DNA from: a virus
Length of the DNA stretch: 64,000 nucleotides
IMG/VR virus record: IMGVR_UViG_3300025425_000010
Span: 1-64,000 of that record
Direction: 5' to 3' (one strand)
The position numbers and the translations under genes were made by a program. Positions 40,188 through 50,724 of the stretch are shown here, piece after piece (position 1 is the stretch's first letter; each line of letters opens with the position of its first letter). The notes beneath the pieces were generated by a model. It saw only the letters and a program-made list of their open reading frames with translations. It had not been told where the DNA came from and did no database searches.

Positions 40188-41870
40188 ATGATATTTGATA
40201 ATAGTATTGAAATTAAAATAACTAAGCGTAATATTGAACACTTCTCTATGTACTACAGAGATATAAAATTAAGGGATATAATTGATGTTTCTCCGGAAAA
40301 TTTACAGAAAAATAGTAATATAAGAATAAATGTTTTATGTGATGTGTGTGGTATCTCTAATAACATTAAGAACCAGGCGTATACTAAGAATATAAATTCA
40401 TGTAAATCTAATCCAATTTATACATGTGATAAATGTTCACATATTAAAAATAAAGCCAGTTGTTTGGAGGTTTATGGTGAGGACCATTATTCTAAAACTG
40501 ATGAGTGGAAGGATCGGACAAGAAAGACTTGTTTGGAAAAATATGGTGAGGATCATTATTCTAAAACTGATGAGTGGTCTAAGAGATTTGAAGAGACTTG
40601 TTTGGAGAAGTATGGGGTTGAAAACCCATTTATGGATTCTAAAAAAATAAGAGAATCTTTCAATAGTAAGTATGGAGTTGACCACCCATCACAGGTTACT
40701 GAAATACATGAACGTATTAAGAGTAGTAATAAAACATCAACCGGGTATGAGAGTCCGTTATCCTCCCCAGAGATAAGGAGTCGTATTAATACTACAATGT
40801 TGCGTAAGTATGGTTCTATAATACCATATAAGTCGGAAGATATTAGGTCAAGGTTAGTGGTGTGTAAGAATAAAAATTATTTAAATTATATAAGTGATAA
40901 TATATCACTGTTTAAGTGTGATAATGGATGTGATCACAATTTTGAAATGGAATCTTATATGTATCATAATCGTTTACGTGGTGGTGTTCATTTATGTACA
41001 GTATGTAACCCAATTGGGGATTCGGTGTCAATAAAGGAGAAGGAGTTGTTTGAGTATATATCATCAATATATAGTGGTGAAATTATAAGATCATATCGAG
41101 ATGGTTTGGAGATTGATATCTATTTGCCGGAATTGAATATTGGATTTGAATTTAATGGATTGTACTGGCACTCTGAAAAATATAAAGATAAAAATTACCA
41201 CCTAGATAAAACTAACCATTTCAAGGAAAAGGGTATTCGTATAATACACATCTGGGAAGATGATTGGGTGAATAAGACAGATATACTTAAAAGCCAAATA
41301 TCTAATATGGTTGGTGAGACAAATACTAGGATATTTGCTAGAAAATGTGAAGTCCGTGTGGTAGGTAGTAAATTATCTAATATTTTTCTATATGATAACC
41401 ACATACAGGGTGGTGATAAGAGTGTTGTTAAATTGGGTTTGTTTTGTGATGGTGATATGGTATCTATTATGACATTTAATAAATTCGAGGGTAGAAACAA
41501 GATGGGTTTTGGTGAATGGAACCTGTCGAGGTTTTGTAATGTGAAAAATTATTCGGTTGTTGGTGGATCGTCTAAATTATTATCATATTTCATAAAGGAG
41601 AATGTAGTTTCCCGTATAATAAGTTATGCTGATGCTGATTGGTCAGTTGGTAATTTATATAAGGTAATGTGTTTTGAAAAATCTCATCATAGTAACCCAG
41701 ATTATAAATATGTTATTGATGGTGTTCGTAATCACAAACAGAATTATAAGAAGAAGAACCTTGGTATATCAGGTCAAGCCATAACCGAGTCAGTATATAT
41801 GAGAAGTAAAGGTTATTACCGAATATGGGATTGTGGGAAAATAAAATTTACAAAACATGTATCTACATAA
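40188..41870 (+). CDS. KYG-repeat homing-endonuclease-like protein, copy 4
   Basis: Same architecture. Confidence 0.8.
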   Translation: MIFDNSIEIKITKRNIEHFSMYYRDIKLRDIIDVSPENLQKNSNIRINVLCDVCGISNNIKNQAYTKNINSCKSNPIYTCDKCSHIKNKASCLEVYGEDHYSKTDEWKDRTRKTCLEKYGEDHYSKTDEWSKRFEETCLEKYGVENPFMDSKKIRESFNSKYGVDHPSQVTEIHERIKSSNKTSTGYESPLSSPEIRSRINTTMLRKYGSIIPYKSEDIRSRLVVCKNKNYLNYISDNISLFKCDNGCDHNFEMESYMYHNRLRGGVHLCTVCNPIGDSVSIKEKELFEYISSIYSGEIIRSYRDGLEIDIYLPELNIGFEFNGLYWHSEKYKDKNYHLDKTNHFKEKGIRIIHIWEDDWVNKTDILKSQISNMVGETNTRIFARKCEVRVVGSKLSNIFLYDNHIQGGDKSVVKLGLFCDGDMVSIMTFNKFEGRNKMGFGEWNLSRFCNVKNYSVVGGSSKLLSYFIKENVVSRIISYADADWSVGNLYKVMCFEKSHHSNPDYKYVIDGVRNHKQNYKKKNLGISGQAITESVYMRSKGYYRIWDCGKIKFTKHVST

Positions 41871-41934
41871 ACAATCCATGTTATTATTTGTGTAATTCGT
41901 ATGTAAGATATATAAAAATAAACAAAAACAAATT

Positions 41935-42450
41935 ATGGAACAAAGTAAAAAAGACAGGTTAAGTGAAATTGGTGAATTGTTGTTTAAAGAAGGAGCATTC
42001 TTCTCAAAAATGCCAGAAGATGAGCAGGATTTATTCGCTGAGGGTCTTGAATTATTCGCTAGGTTGGGAGCTGAGAGAGTTTGGTATGAGAAAAATTGTG
42101 AAGGTGGTTCTACTGAATCAGATAATGGTTCTACTGAATCAGATAATTTATCTGATGCTCTCAAAGAAGCTATTCAGTTTGTTAGAGGTGGATTTAACAT
42201 AAATGTTAATGTTACACCGAATTCTAATTATCCAGAAAATAATTCTGAATGTGGTGGTGATGTATATGATAAAGAAGAGATGATTAATGATGGTTCTTAC
42301 GACCCGATATATAAAACTGAAGAAGAGTTTATGTATGGTGATGTTGGTAAGATGTATAATATCAATGATGAATTTTTGAGCCCAGATGAGGAATTTGCTG
42401 ATAAAAAACCATTGGATGATAAGTCTATTGATGAGGTTAAGGGTGAATAA
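41935..42450 (+). CDS. Acidic hypothetical protein
   Basis: ORF with a 21-bp GSTESDN tandem duplication. Confidence 0.65.
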   Translation: MEQSKKDRLSEIGELLFKEGAFFSKMPEDEQDLFAEGLELFARLGAERVWYEKNCEGGSTESDNGSTESDNLSDALKEAIQFVRGGFNINVNVTPNSNYPENNSECGGDVYDKEEMINDGSYDPIYKTEEEFMYGDVGKMYNINDEFLSPDEEFADKKPLDDKSIDEVKGE

Positions 42451-42488
42451 CCATTGGATGATAAACTTTAATCTGTAGAAAAATTGTT

Positions 42489-42524
42489 AAAAAAAAGGGG
42501 ATTCTATTTTGAATCCCCTTTTTT
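42489..42524. terminator. Bidirectional rho-independent terminator
   Basis: A-tract, GGGGATTC-TATTTT-GAATCCCC hairpin, T-tract, between convergent genes. Confidence 0.85.
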
Positions 42525-42546
42525 GTTTTTATATAATTGAGAGTTT

Positions 42547-44637
42547 TTATGCCTTGTCTACTTCAAGGATATTATCCAGTTTGATATTTCTGATAGCTTG
42601 TAGTGGGTAACTGAAGTCTTCGTTCAGGCTAACGATGTTAGTACCTTCTGGGAAGTTAAGACCCACAGCCACATCTTGGTCACCAAACTTAACATTCTGA
42701 TGATTGATGAAATTAGTCTCATCGAAGTCAATGAAGTATTCTCCGGTATCTAATCCACGAGCCAGTACTTGAACATCACCAGTGAAGTTTGGAATGATTA
42801 CACCCGTTAAGAATCCCTCACAATCTACAAATTCATTTTTATGGGTAATAAGCATCTTATCGTACTCATCAAGTGATAGAATATTAATAAACCCGGATGT
42901 GTATATTTCTCTTAATGGAACACCACCAACATATAAATCACAACTGGTTTCATCATCATCAATCTCAATATCTGATGATCCAATTGGACCACAAGCATCA
43001 ATAATAACAATTGTTTCTTTTTCATAAGTACGAAATTTTCTAGCATCAAACCTAGGATTTTTAACTTCACTGGGAACTTCTAAATATTCAACAGTGTCTT
43101 CGGTTGGTGTTTCATCAACTGGATCAGGACCACTTGTTTCACTGTTGTAAGAAGGAGAACCACATAGTTCATCATACTCAGGACTCTGTTTGAACCCAAG
43201 TTTAATCATTTTATCAACTAGTAAGTGCCATTCCATTTCACCCTGATAAGTGAATTCGTTTTTTTCACTCAATTGAATTTGACCATTGCCACTGTTATCG
43301 ATTCCCATTACGAGTCTGATTATATCATCAGCAACCATTGATGTGTTTTCGTATACATCTTCGTAGTCGATTTTTATTGTATAAGAACCTTGTTTAAGTG
43401 CTTCAATCACACCCGGTAGATTCAATTTTAGAATCGGTGCCAGTTTGGTAAGAACTTCAATGGTCTTATCATCCATATCAATATCTGTTTTACTCTGTGT
43501 TGATACGTAGAATACACATCCATTTTCTTCCAATGGTGGTTCGAGTGAGTCAAGTCTAGCGTTGAGTATCGATAAATCCTCATCACCTTTATCTAATTGA
43601 CTCTGTGCTGTTTTTATTGTGAAGTTGTGTTTCTGCTTGTCTTTTAGTAACTTATCAACTCTGTTCTTCAGTTCAAGTAGTTTGTTGTCTTTGTTTTCTT
43701 GAAACGACTCATCGATCATTTCTTGATAGACAGTTTTTGGTTTTTCTTCAACAACTGTTTCTTCAACAACTGTTTCTTCATCAGCTACTGTTTCTTCATC
43801 AGCTACTGTTTCTTTCACTTCTTCGGTATCGGTTGATTCATCATCAAATAAATCCAACAAGTTAGATAAATTACTCTTAGCTTTTGTTGATACTACTGGC
43901 TCTTCTTCATTGAATAGTGCTTGAAGTGCATCGTATGGTTTTTCTTCTGTGGTAACTTCCAAATACACAAACTGATTCTTGTGTTCTTCACCAGCAGTGA
44001 ATTTCAATGATGGGATAACCGTTTTATCAGTATATAGTGTAGTTTTTCTTTCAACAATATCGATTAGAAGTCTTCCCAACATTGCCTCATCACATAAGTT
44101 TGTACCTTCAACTTCTTCGAAATCAACAGTACTATTATCACGAATTGTCAATTTGAGTACTACATCTTCTAACATACCGCTCAACTCTTTACCTTCGATA
44201 TAGGCAATTTTTGTGTGAAGTCTTCGGTTACCTTGTTTTGCTACGATAAAGTTGATCAACTCTTTATTTGTTGTGAATTGACCAATAACTGGTTCTTTTA
44301 CTTCTTCAACCTCATCATTTGTGATTAGTTCTCGTGAATGACCTTCTGACGTTTCTCCTCTCATTTCAAACAACTGACACATTTCGTCAGTTCCGGGAAC
44401 TTTGAAGTTTTCCTCAGATTCAGCAACACTGAGAGCATCTTTGAGGTATTTAACTGTATCGAATTTCTCGAAGTGTTCTTTATCCTTATCAGATATTTCA
44501 ACTTTCAACGTCCTATCCTTCTGTATAGTAACGTTAAATGTTTTACCTTTAAGGTTTTTCTTTCTAACAAGAGCCCCATCCATTTCGGCTGTCATTAGTG
44601 TTTGACCTTTTTGTGTTTGAAAATTTTTGTATTCCAT
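42547..44637 (-). CDS. Large acidic coiled-coil hypothetical protein with C-terminal motif
   Basis: 696 aa; ETVADE/ETVVE repeats; ends IRNIKLDNILEVDKA. Confidence 0.8.
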   Translation of the reverse strand: MEYKNFQTQKGQTLMTAEMDGALVRKKNLKGKTFNVTIQKDRTLKVEISDKDKEHFEKFDTVKYLKDALSVAESEENFKVPGTDEMCQLFEMRGETSEGHSRELITNDEVEEVKEPVIGQFTTNKELINFIVAKQGNRRLHTKIAYIEGKELSGMLEDVVLKLTIRDNSTVDFEEVEGTNLCDEAMLGRLLIDIVERKTTLYTDKTVIPSLKFTAGEEHKNQFVYLEVTTEEKPYDALQALFNEEEPVVSTKAKSNLSNLLDLFDDESTDTEEVKETVADEETVADEETVVEETVVEEKPKTVYQEMIDESFQENKDNKLLELKNRVDKLLKDKQKHNFTIKTAQSQLDKGDEDLSILNARLDSLEPPLEENGCVFYVSTQSKTDIDMDDKTIEVLTKLAPILKLNLPGVIEALKQGSYTIKIDYEDVYENTSMVADDIIRLVMGIDNSGNGQIQLSEKNEFTYQGEMEWHLLVDKMIKLGFKQSPEYDELCGSPSYNSETSGPDPVDETPTEDTVEYLEVPSEVKNPRFDARKFRTYEKETIVIIDACGPIGSSDIEIDDDETSCDLYVGGVPLREIYTSGFINILSLDEYDKMLITHKNEFVDCEGFLTGVIIPNFTGDVQVLARGLDTGEYFIDFDETNFINHQNVKFGDQDVAVGLNFPEGTNIVSLNEDFSYPLQAIRNIKLDNILEVDKA

Positions 44638-44678
44638 GTATTTTTTTAGTTTTCTTGTTTAGACTACGAATGTATGGA

Positions 44679-45023
44679 TTATTTCTCGGTATTCAATACT
44701 TTACTTAGTTTTATTTGCCTTATTTCTTGTAGTGTGTATATTTTGGGTATTCTTTCATCTGATTGTGATTCTCTAGAAAGTTCATTATATATTTCCTCAT
44801 TTTCACTACTGGCATTCATTTCGTCTATGTAATGAGAAAGGTTCCTGAAGTTCTTTTCAACAGCATAATTCCATTCTCCATCATATTTAGATATACAGAT
44901 TACTAATAATGTTTTTATTTCTGTGTCGGTTAATTCTAACTTAATATCCTTTATTTCTTCGATTGACCAGTTCTTATATAAGTGTAGGTAATTTTCAACT
45001 ATATTCTCGTATTCAGTATTCAT
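44679..45023 (-). CDS. Hypothetical protein with C-terminal motif
   Basis: Ends IRQIKLSKVL. Confidence 0.7.
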   Translation of the reverse strand: MNTEYENIVENYLHLYKNWSIEEIKDIKLELTDTEIKTLLVICISKYDGEWNYAVEKNFRNLSHYIDEMNASSENEEIYNELSRESQSDERIPKIYTLQEIRQIKLSKVLNTEK

Positions 45024-45317
45024 CTATTTTACTTTTTTTGTGTATCTAAATCGGAAATCATGCATGTATAATTTACTACCATCTATACCCTCACCAAAGA
45101 AGAAACTTCTTTCTGAGTTGAATTTAACAATTACGGAAGGTTCGTGTACTCTTTTTTCGATTACCGTCAAATCTGTTGATATTTTGTGTTTATGAAAGAA
45201 TTTAACATAATCACCATCAAACCAACAATGTGTCAGTATATCTCCAACATTTATTTCTTCTCCATTAAAATCTTTCGGTTTAACTATACCATCACCGCCT
45301 TTAAAACGCATTTTCAT
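45024..45317 (-). CDS. Hypothetical protein (YopX-like fragment possible)
   Basis: KDFNGEEINVGDIL pattern. Confidence 0.55.
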   Translation of the reverse strand: MKMRFKGGDGIVKPKDFNGEEINVGDILTHCWFDGDYVKFFHKHKISTDLTVIEKRVHEPSVIVKFNSERSFFFGEGIDGSKLYMHDFRFRYTKKVK

Positions 45318-45360
45318 TTTTAAAATTTTTAAGTAAATTCATGTAACATCATGATAACTT

Positions 45361-45825
45361 TTATAACTCTAATAATATAAGAAGTTTTATTTTCCTTTGC
45401 ATTTCTTCATTGGATAACATTTTTTCGATGTATTTATTAATTACTGGATGTACTACACACTTAATATCTTTCAATTCGACCATTGGACAAATAATATTCT
45501 CAAATTCTTTTTTGAAATTATCAAAACTATTACTCTGTAAAATTATCTTCCAATTATACATCCAATAGATAACATTCCAACCCAAGGATTCAATTTCTGC
45601 TTCTTCTATCAACCATAAATTAATCCATTTCTGTATTTTTTCATTCTCAAGACATTTTAACTTATATTTCTTCGATAAATCTTTATTGTAGACTCCGATT
45701 ATGTAGTCGAATTTTTCAACTATGTAATGTAAGGAATGTGTATTTTCACAATCCTCAAATACTAGACCGAACCTAAATACATTATTTAATTGTTCTCTTG
45801 TCAAAACCAGTAATCTCGTTTCCAT
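45361..45825 (-). CDS. Hypothetical protein with C-terminal motif
   Basis: Ends QRKIKLLILLEL. Confidence 0.7.
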   Translation of the reverse strand: METRLLVLTREQLNNVFRFGLVFEDCENTHSLHYIVEKFDYIIGVYNKDLSKKYKLKCLENEKIQKWINLWLIEEAEIESLGWNVIYWMYNWKIILQSNSFDNFKKEFENIICPMVELKDIKCVVHPVINKYIEKMLSNEEMQRKIKLLILLEL

Positions 45826-46388
45826 CGTTTAGCATTGAATCCGTATAATTTTATGAATAAACATAATCCGAGAAATGCTCCTGATAAGTGTGCAATGTGT
45901 CCGATACCATCAAATCCTTGAAATGTGTGAAATATTTCTAATACAACAATTATATAGAATATTAGTTTAAATGGTATTCCAAAGAAGAATTTCATTGTTG
46001 GTTGTAGTAACACAGCCATTGTCAAAATTCCAAATAATGCTCCTGATGCTCCAATAAGACCTATACCAGTAGAGTTGAATAGTAACTGAACTATTCCTGA
46101 TAATGCACCGAATATTAAATAAGTAATTAAGAATTTTCTTGATCCAAGAGCCTGTTCGACAACGGGAGCAAAAAATAGTAATGTTAGCATATTACCAAAA
46201 AGATGCATCCATCCACCATGTAAGAAAACATGACCAACCCATTGTATTGGATTCAGTAATTGTGAAAGTGTAAATGTTCCGTATAGTAAGGCTCCGAGTG
46301 TAGTGAAGTGTGATAGTAAAAAGAGTATAATATTCAAATAGAATAACCTCTTGACATAATAAGTTCCTGTAAAGTAACCTGTTCTCAT
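45801..46388 (-). CDS. Rhomboid intramembrane serine protease
   Basis: FLHGGWMHLFGNM, GASG, AHLSG; multiple transmembrane helices. Confidence 0.92.
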   Translation of the reverse strand: MRTGYFTGTYYVKRLFYLNIILFLLSHFTTLGALLYGTFTLSQLLNPIQWVGHVFLHGGWMHLFGNMLTLLFFAPVVEQALGSRKFLITYLIFGALSGIVQLLFNSTGIGLIGASGALFGILTMAVLLQPTMKFFFGIPFKLIFYIIVVLEIFHTFQGFDGIGHIAHLSGAFLGLCLFIKLYGFNAKRWKRDYWF

Positions 46389-46450
46389 ATTTTTGTTTGT
46401 TAATAATTAGTTAGGGACACATTAAAACGATGTGCTAACACGTAATATAA

Positions 46451-46663
46451 TTAATGCTTAGTTATGTACGCACCAAATAGTTTTAAGCCAATAGCCCAAT
46501 AACCCCATCTGAAACCAATTGCATAAGCAAAACCCAAGTTGTTCATTTGTTCTTTGTCAGCCTGTCCAAATACTAAACTTGGTGTTATTCCAAAATCTAA
46601 GTCTTTAGGTTTTTGCTTTAATCCGTTTAGGTAAAATGGGCTTATTTTGTATTTCGTTTTCAT
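46451..46663 (-). CDS. Small hypothetical protein inside an inverted-repeat-flanked cassette
   Basis: Probable start MKTKYKISPF. Confidence 0.55.
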   Translation of the reverse strand: MKTKYKISPFYLNGLKQKPKDLDFGITPSLVFGQADKEQMNNLGFAYAIGFRWGYWAIGLKLFGAYITKH

Positions 46664-46690
46664 GAACTTGTGTGTTTTACGTTCCGTCAT
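46662..46690 (-). mobile_element. Minimal 29-bp IS200/IS605 MITE relic (copy D)
   Basis: TTTAT|ATGACGGAACGTAAAACACACAAGTTCAT|GAAA: left end fused directly to right end. Confidence 0.7.
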
Positions 46691-46860
46691 ATAAAGTTTT
46701 GTATTTTTAATCCGCACTAATCATATTACTATTCGTATTAGACATAAGGCATTGTGCATTTATTGACCGTCAATGTATCATCTGTTTTGATATGTTCTTC
46801 TATTTTTCTGTATCATACTCACAAATATAGTCGATTATATCTTAATTACCAAAACCTAAA

Positions 46861-48630
46861 TCACCATTTCTTAATAAAATCAGACAATTCTTCAATATAG
46901 ATGTCTTTGGGTTTCTTCTTTTTCATTTCTACCAGTTCAATCTTCTTCAGTTTGATATTTTCCTTTATCTTATCATAGTTCTCTTTGGTTAAGTTATGTA
47001 TAGGAATTCGTAAAAGATAGTCATATGATCCATCTATTTTATCTAACTTGTTTTTTGATATCATCTTCTCAATATCTACCTTCTTTCGGTTGTTAACAAT
47101 TATATCACCTTTGATTATCAATGAAATGAATTTAGACCTATTATCCATAACCCTCAACTCACTAGTTAATTCACTAACGATGTTTTTCTTACGAACATCA
47201 TACCATTTTAATCGAAAATCTACGAAATATGTGATAATATCTTTAACATTCTCGAATATAAGTAATTTACCATGTTCATCTAGTGTATTGTATAATTCGT
47301 GAAAACTTTCTTCTAATTTGAAAACTTTAATCAATTTTATATCAGATAATTCGGCCAAATCTTTACGGCTCATCTTTATAACATAGTTGATATTATCCTT
47401 ACAATTATCTTCATAAGATAGTATAATTCCATCAGATATAAGCTTTTCTAAGATATTTTCATATTTTTCATAAGTCATAGAGGGTGGTAACTCTGTTATA
47501 TTCAATGTGGTCGTGTTAACTTTTTGATATGTACCTCTAACAATCCATGATTTATGTTTCTCTGGATCATTTTCATATGTACCTTTAAACCCATTAATAC
47601 TTGGAGGTATATTCTTAACCTTACCTTTTTTCAAGTAGTTTAAGCAAGCCTTAGACACATCAATTATATCACGATTTAGTATCATTGATTTAAAACCAAC
47701 GGCTATACCACCCCCACCATTAACGAGAATCATTGGTATTATAGGTAGTAAGTATTTTGGCTCAATTTTCTCACCTTCTTCTATCTGATTATCTAATAGA
47801 TTATTATCTCTGTATATTTTTCGATAATTACCATTGAGCTTAGTACCGATATATCTCGGTGCTCCAGCATCAGGTGATCTCAATGAACCAAATTGTCCAT
47901 CTTCGTCCAGTAAGGGAGCATTGTTTTTAAAACTCTGAGCCATGCTGGTGATGGCACTAGATAGTGATGAATTATGAGTTATTATCATTGATTTTTTACC
48001 AATGATGAAATTGTGATGTTCATCAACTGTTATATCATAAAATTTTTCTGGTTTATTTAATTTTATTCTGTTAATTTTATTTATTCGGCATAGGTTTTCT
48101 TTCTTGAAATTTTCAATATTATCAGTTTCTATCAGATTTTTGGCCTCCACCCATCCTCTATCCGTTAGAAATGGGTGATTTGATGTACATGATATTATTT
48201 CACCGGATTCTAATTCAATTTCATATTTATCATTGGTTATATTCCCTACCCTTGGGGAGTGTCCCCTACCTTCACAAAATATTTTCCTCACCTCATCATA
48301 GCAAGTTACATTAAATGATTGGTTTGGGTAATTCTCAAACCAATCACCAATAGTTATATATGTACCATCAGTTAATAATATCTCAGTTGAAAAATCTAAA
48401 CAATCACCATGATGGTACATACAATCACTGGCTACTTTACCAGCCAACTGAAATATCTTGAGTGGTTTCTCCAACCCTGATTTCCACACTTTTGATGAGA
48501 TGTATATTATCTTTCTCTGTACAGGCTTTAATCCATCGACCATTGATGCAATGGCTCTTGATTCGAGAGAATACATTGCAAATTCTTTATATTCCTCACT
48601 TAAGAAGTTTTCTATTTTCTTATTTTTCAT
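46861..48630 (-). CDS. Type IIA topoisomerase subunit A (T4 gp52/GyrA-like) containing a mini-intein
   Basis: DGLKPVQRK, YHHGD, GQFGS, APRY (catalytic Tyr), LVNG..GIAVGF, ITELP. Confidence 0.93.
   Translation of the reverse strand: MKNKKIENFLSEEYKEFAMYSLESRAIASMVDGLKPVQRKIIYISSKVWKSGLEKPLKIFQLAGKVASDCMYHHGDCLDFSTEILLTDGTYITIGDWFENYPNQSFNVTCYDEVRKIFCEGRGHSPRVGNITNDKYEIELESGEIISCTSNHPFLTDRGWVEAKNLIETDNIENFKKENLCRINKINRIKLNKPEKFYDITVDEHHNFIIGKKSMIITHNSSLSSAITSMAQSFKNNAPLLDEDGQFGSLRSPDAGAPRYIGTKLNGNYRKIYRDNNLLDNQIEEGEKIEPKYLLPIIPMILVNGGGGIAVGFKSMILNRDIIDVSKACLNYLKKGKVKNIPPSINGFKGTYENDPEKHKSWIVRGTYQKVNTTTLNITELPPSMTYEKYENILEKLISDGIILSYEDNCKDNINYVIKMSRKDLAELSDIKLIKVFKLEESFHELYNTLDEHGKLLIFENVKDIITYFVDFRLKWYDVRKKNIVSELTSELRVMDNRSKFISLIIKGDIIVNNRKKVDIEKMISKNKLDKIDGSYDYLLRIPIHNLTKENYDKIKENIKLKKIELVEMKKKKPKDIYIEELSDFIKKW
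47971..48402 (-). mobile_element. Mini-intein (144 aa, no endonuclease domain)
   Basis: Starts CL after HHGD; TSNHPF (block B), FYDITV (block F); ends THN followed by Ser. Confidence 0.92.
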
Positions 48631-48685
48631 ATTTAGGTATCACATCCATTATAGACATATTGTTTATTTATATATATAATATAGT

Positions 48686-50512
48686 ATGTTACTTAATTTA
48701 AAAATGAAAATCATTGTAAATCCGAATTCAAGGATATATTATAATTCTATTGGTTATGAGTGTGTTAATTATGAGGAGATTGAAATCAATATCATTGAAT
48801 TACCGAAAGGGTCTAATATTGAAATTGATGTATGTTGTGATATATGTAATTTTGGTAAAAAATTAAAATATAATAGTTATTATAAAAATACTAATGGAAA
48901 TACTACTATTTATACTTGTAAGAAATGTTCACATATAAAATCGAAAAAAACCTGTTTAGAACGATATGGTGATGAAAATTATACAAATAAGGAACAATCG
49001 AAAAAAACCTGTTTAGAACGATATGGTGATGAAAATTATACAAATAGGAAACAATCGAAAAAAACCTGTTTAGAACGATATGGTGTGGATAATGTCTCTA
49101 AATTGGATAATGTGAAAAAAAAGAAGATAGAATCGAATCTCATTAATTGGGGTGTTGAGAATGTTTTCCAATCAAATATCATAAAACTTAAAATATACAA
49201 TACTATACAAGACAAATATGGAACAGATACATATATAAAATCATTGGATTTTAAACAGAAATATATGAAATTCTGTGATAAACATGGAGTTGATCATTAT
49301 TCACAAACAGATGAATTCAAACGGAAGTTCGAAAAAACATGTTTATATAGATGGGGGTATAAGACTAATTTAATGAATGATGATATTAAAAAAAGAATTG
49401 CTTTGACAAATACAATGAAATATGGATTTGAAAATCACATGATGAATACAACTCAATCATTTAAGGTAGCACAGACCATGATAAATAAGAGGAAAACTTA
49501 TTATGAATCGTTGGGGTATGAAATGATTGATTATAATTTCGAAAGTAGAAATTATACATTAATAAAAAAAGATTGTGGTCATGAGTTTAATATAACACAT
49601 GATTTATTTAGGAGTCGTATAAAATATGGAAATAATTCTTGTTTACAATGTTATCCAAAAAATGATATGTCTTCTATTAAAGAGAAAAAATTGGGGGAAT
49701 TTATCAGTACTATTTCAGATAACGTAATTTATAATTCGAGGAAAATATTAAATGGTAAAGAATTGGATGCTTATTTACCAAATAATGGATTGGCTATTGA
49801 GTTTAATGGACTTTATTGGCATTCTGATGTTTTTAAGGGAAAATCATATCATTATGATAAAACTATATCATGTAATGATATAGGGGTTGATCTCATGCAT
49901 ATTTGGGAAGATGATTGGGATAATAGAACTGAAATCGTTAAATCAATAATAAGATATAGAACTGGTAATATTCATAATAAGATATATGCGAGGAAATGTG
50001 AAATTATTGAAATATCAAATAAAGAGAGTAACGTTTTTTTAAATAAAAATCATATACAGGGTGGTGTGAATGCTGGTAAATGTATATCTCTTAAATATAA
50101 GGGTGATATTGTATCTGTCATGACTTTTGGAAAAAGGAATATAAATTCAAAGCCAAACACTGAATTATTGAGATTTTGTAATAGGATAAATTGTAATGTT
50201 GTTGGATCATCTTCTAAAATGTTTAAACATTTTATAAAGAATAATGATTTTTCGAAAATAATTTCGTACTCGGATATTTCACTATTTAATGGGGGTGTAT
50301 ATGAGAAATTGGGATTTGAAAATTGTGGAAAGACTTCCTTGAATTATTATTGGACAGATTTATATAAAAGGTATCATAGGTTCAATTTTAATAAGAAAAA
50401 ATTAATAAAAAGGGGATATGATAAAAACAAAACGGAAAATGAAATAATGTCTTCATTGGGATATTATAAAATATGGTCTTGTGGTCAAATAAGATGGGAA
50501 TATAGTAAATGA
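48686..50512 (+). CDS. KYG-repeat homing-endonuclease-like protein, copy 5
   Basis: Same architecture; near-exact 57-bp internal tandem repeat. Confidence 0.8.
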   Translation: MLLNLKMKIIVNPNSRIYYNSIGYECVNYEEIEINIIELPKGSNIEIDVCCDICNFGKKLKYNSYYKNTNGNTTIYTCKKCSHIKSKKTCLERYGDENYTNKEQSKKTCLERYGDENYTNRKQSKKTCLERYGVDNVSKLDNVKKKKIESNLINWGVENVFQSNIIKLKIYNTIQDKYGTDTYIKSLDFKQKYMKFCDKHGVDHYSQTDEFKRKFEKTCLYRWGYKTNLMNDDIKKRIALTNTMKYGFENHMMNTTQSFKVAQTMINKRKTYYESLGYEMIDYNFESRNYTLIKKDCGHEFNITHDLFRSRIKYGNNSCLQCYPKNDMSSIKEKKLGEFISTISDNVIYNSRKILNGKELDAYLPNNGLAIEFNGLYWHSDVFKGKSYHYDKTISCNDIGVDLMHIWEDDWDNRTEIVKSIIRYRTGNIHNKIYARKCEIIEISNKESNVFLNKNHIQGGVNAGKCISLKYKGDIVSVMTFGKRNINSKPNTELLRFCNRINCNVVGSSSKMFKHFIKNNDFSKIISYSDISLFNGGVYEKLGFENCGKTSLNYYWTDLYKRYHRFNFNKKKLIKRGYDKNKTENEIMSSLGYYKIWSCGQIRWEYSK

Positions 50513-50724
50513 ACTACAGTATTGTGTATAATGGACTACAACATTATGAATCGTGTGACTTTTTCGGAGGTGATACTGGATTTAAAAAAAGGAAAATTCT
50601 AGATAATATAAAAAGAGAATATTGTAATAATAATAATATACGATTGGAGGTAATATCATATTATTATAATAGCATTAAAAGAATTAAAGAAAAATTAATT
50701 AAGATATTTAATGAAAAAAATTGA
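50509..50724 (+). pseudogene. Remnant C-terminus of a DUF559/Vsr-like endonuclease
   Basis: YNGLQHY...FFGG...DNIKREYC..NNIRL.VISY. Confidence 0.6.
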
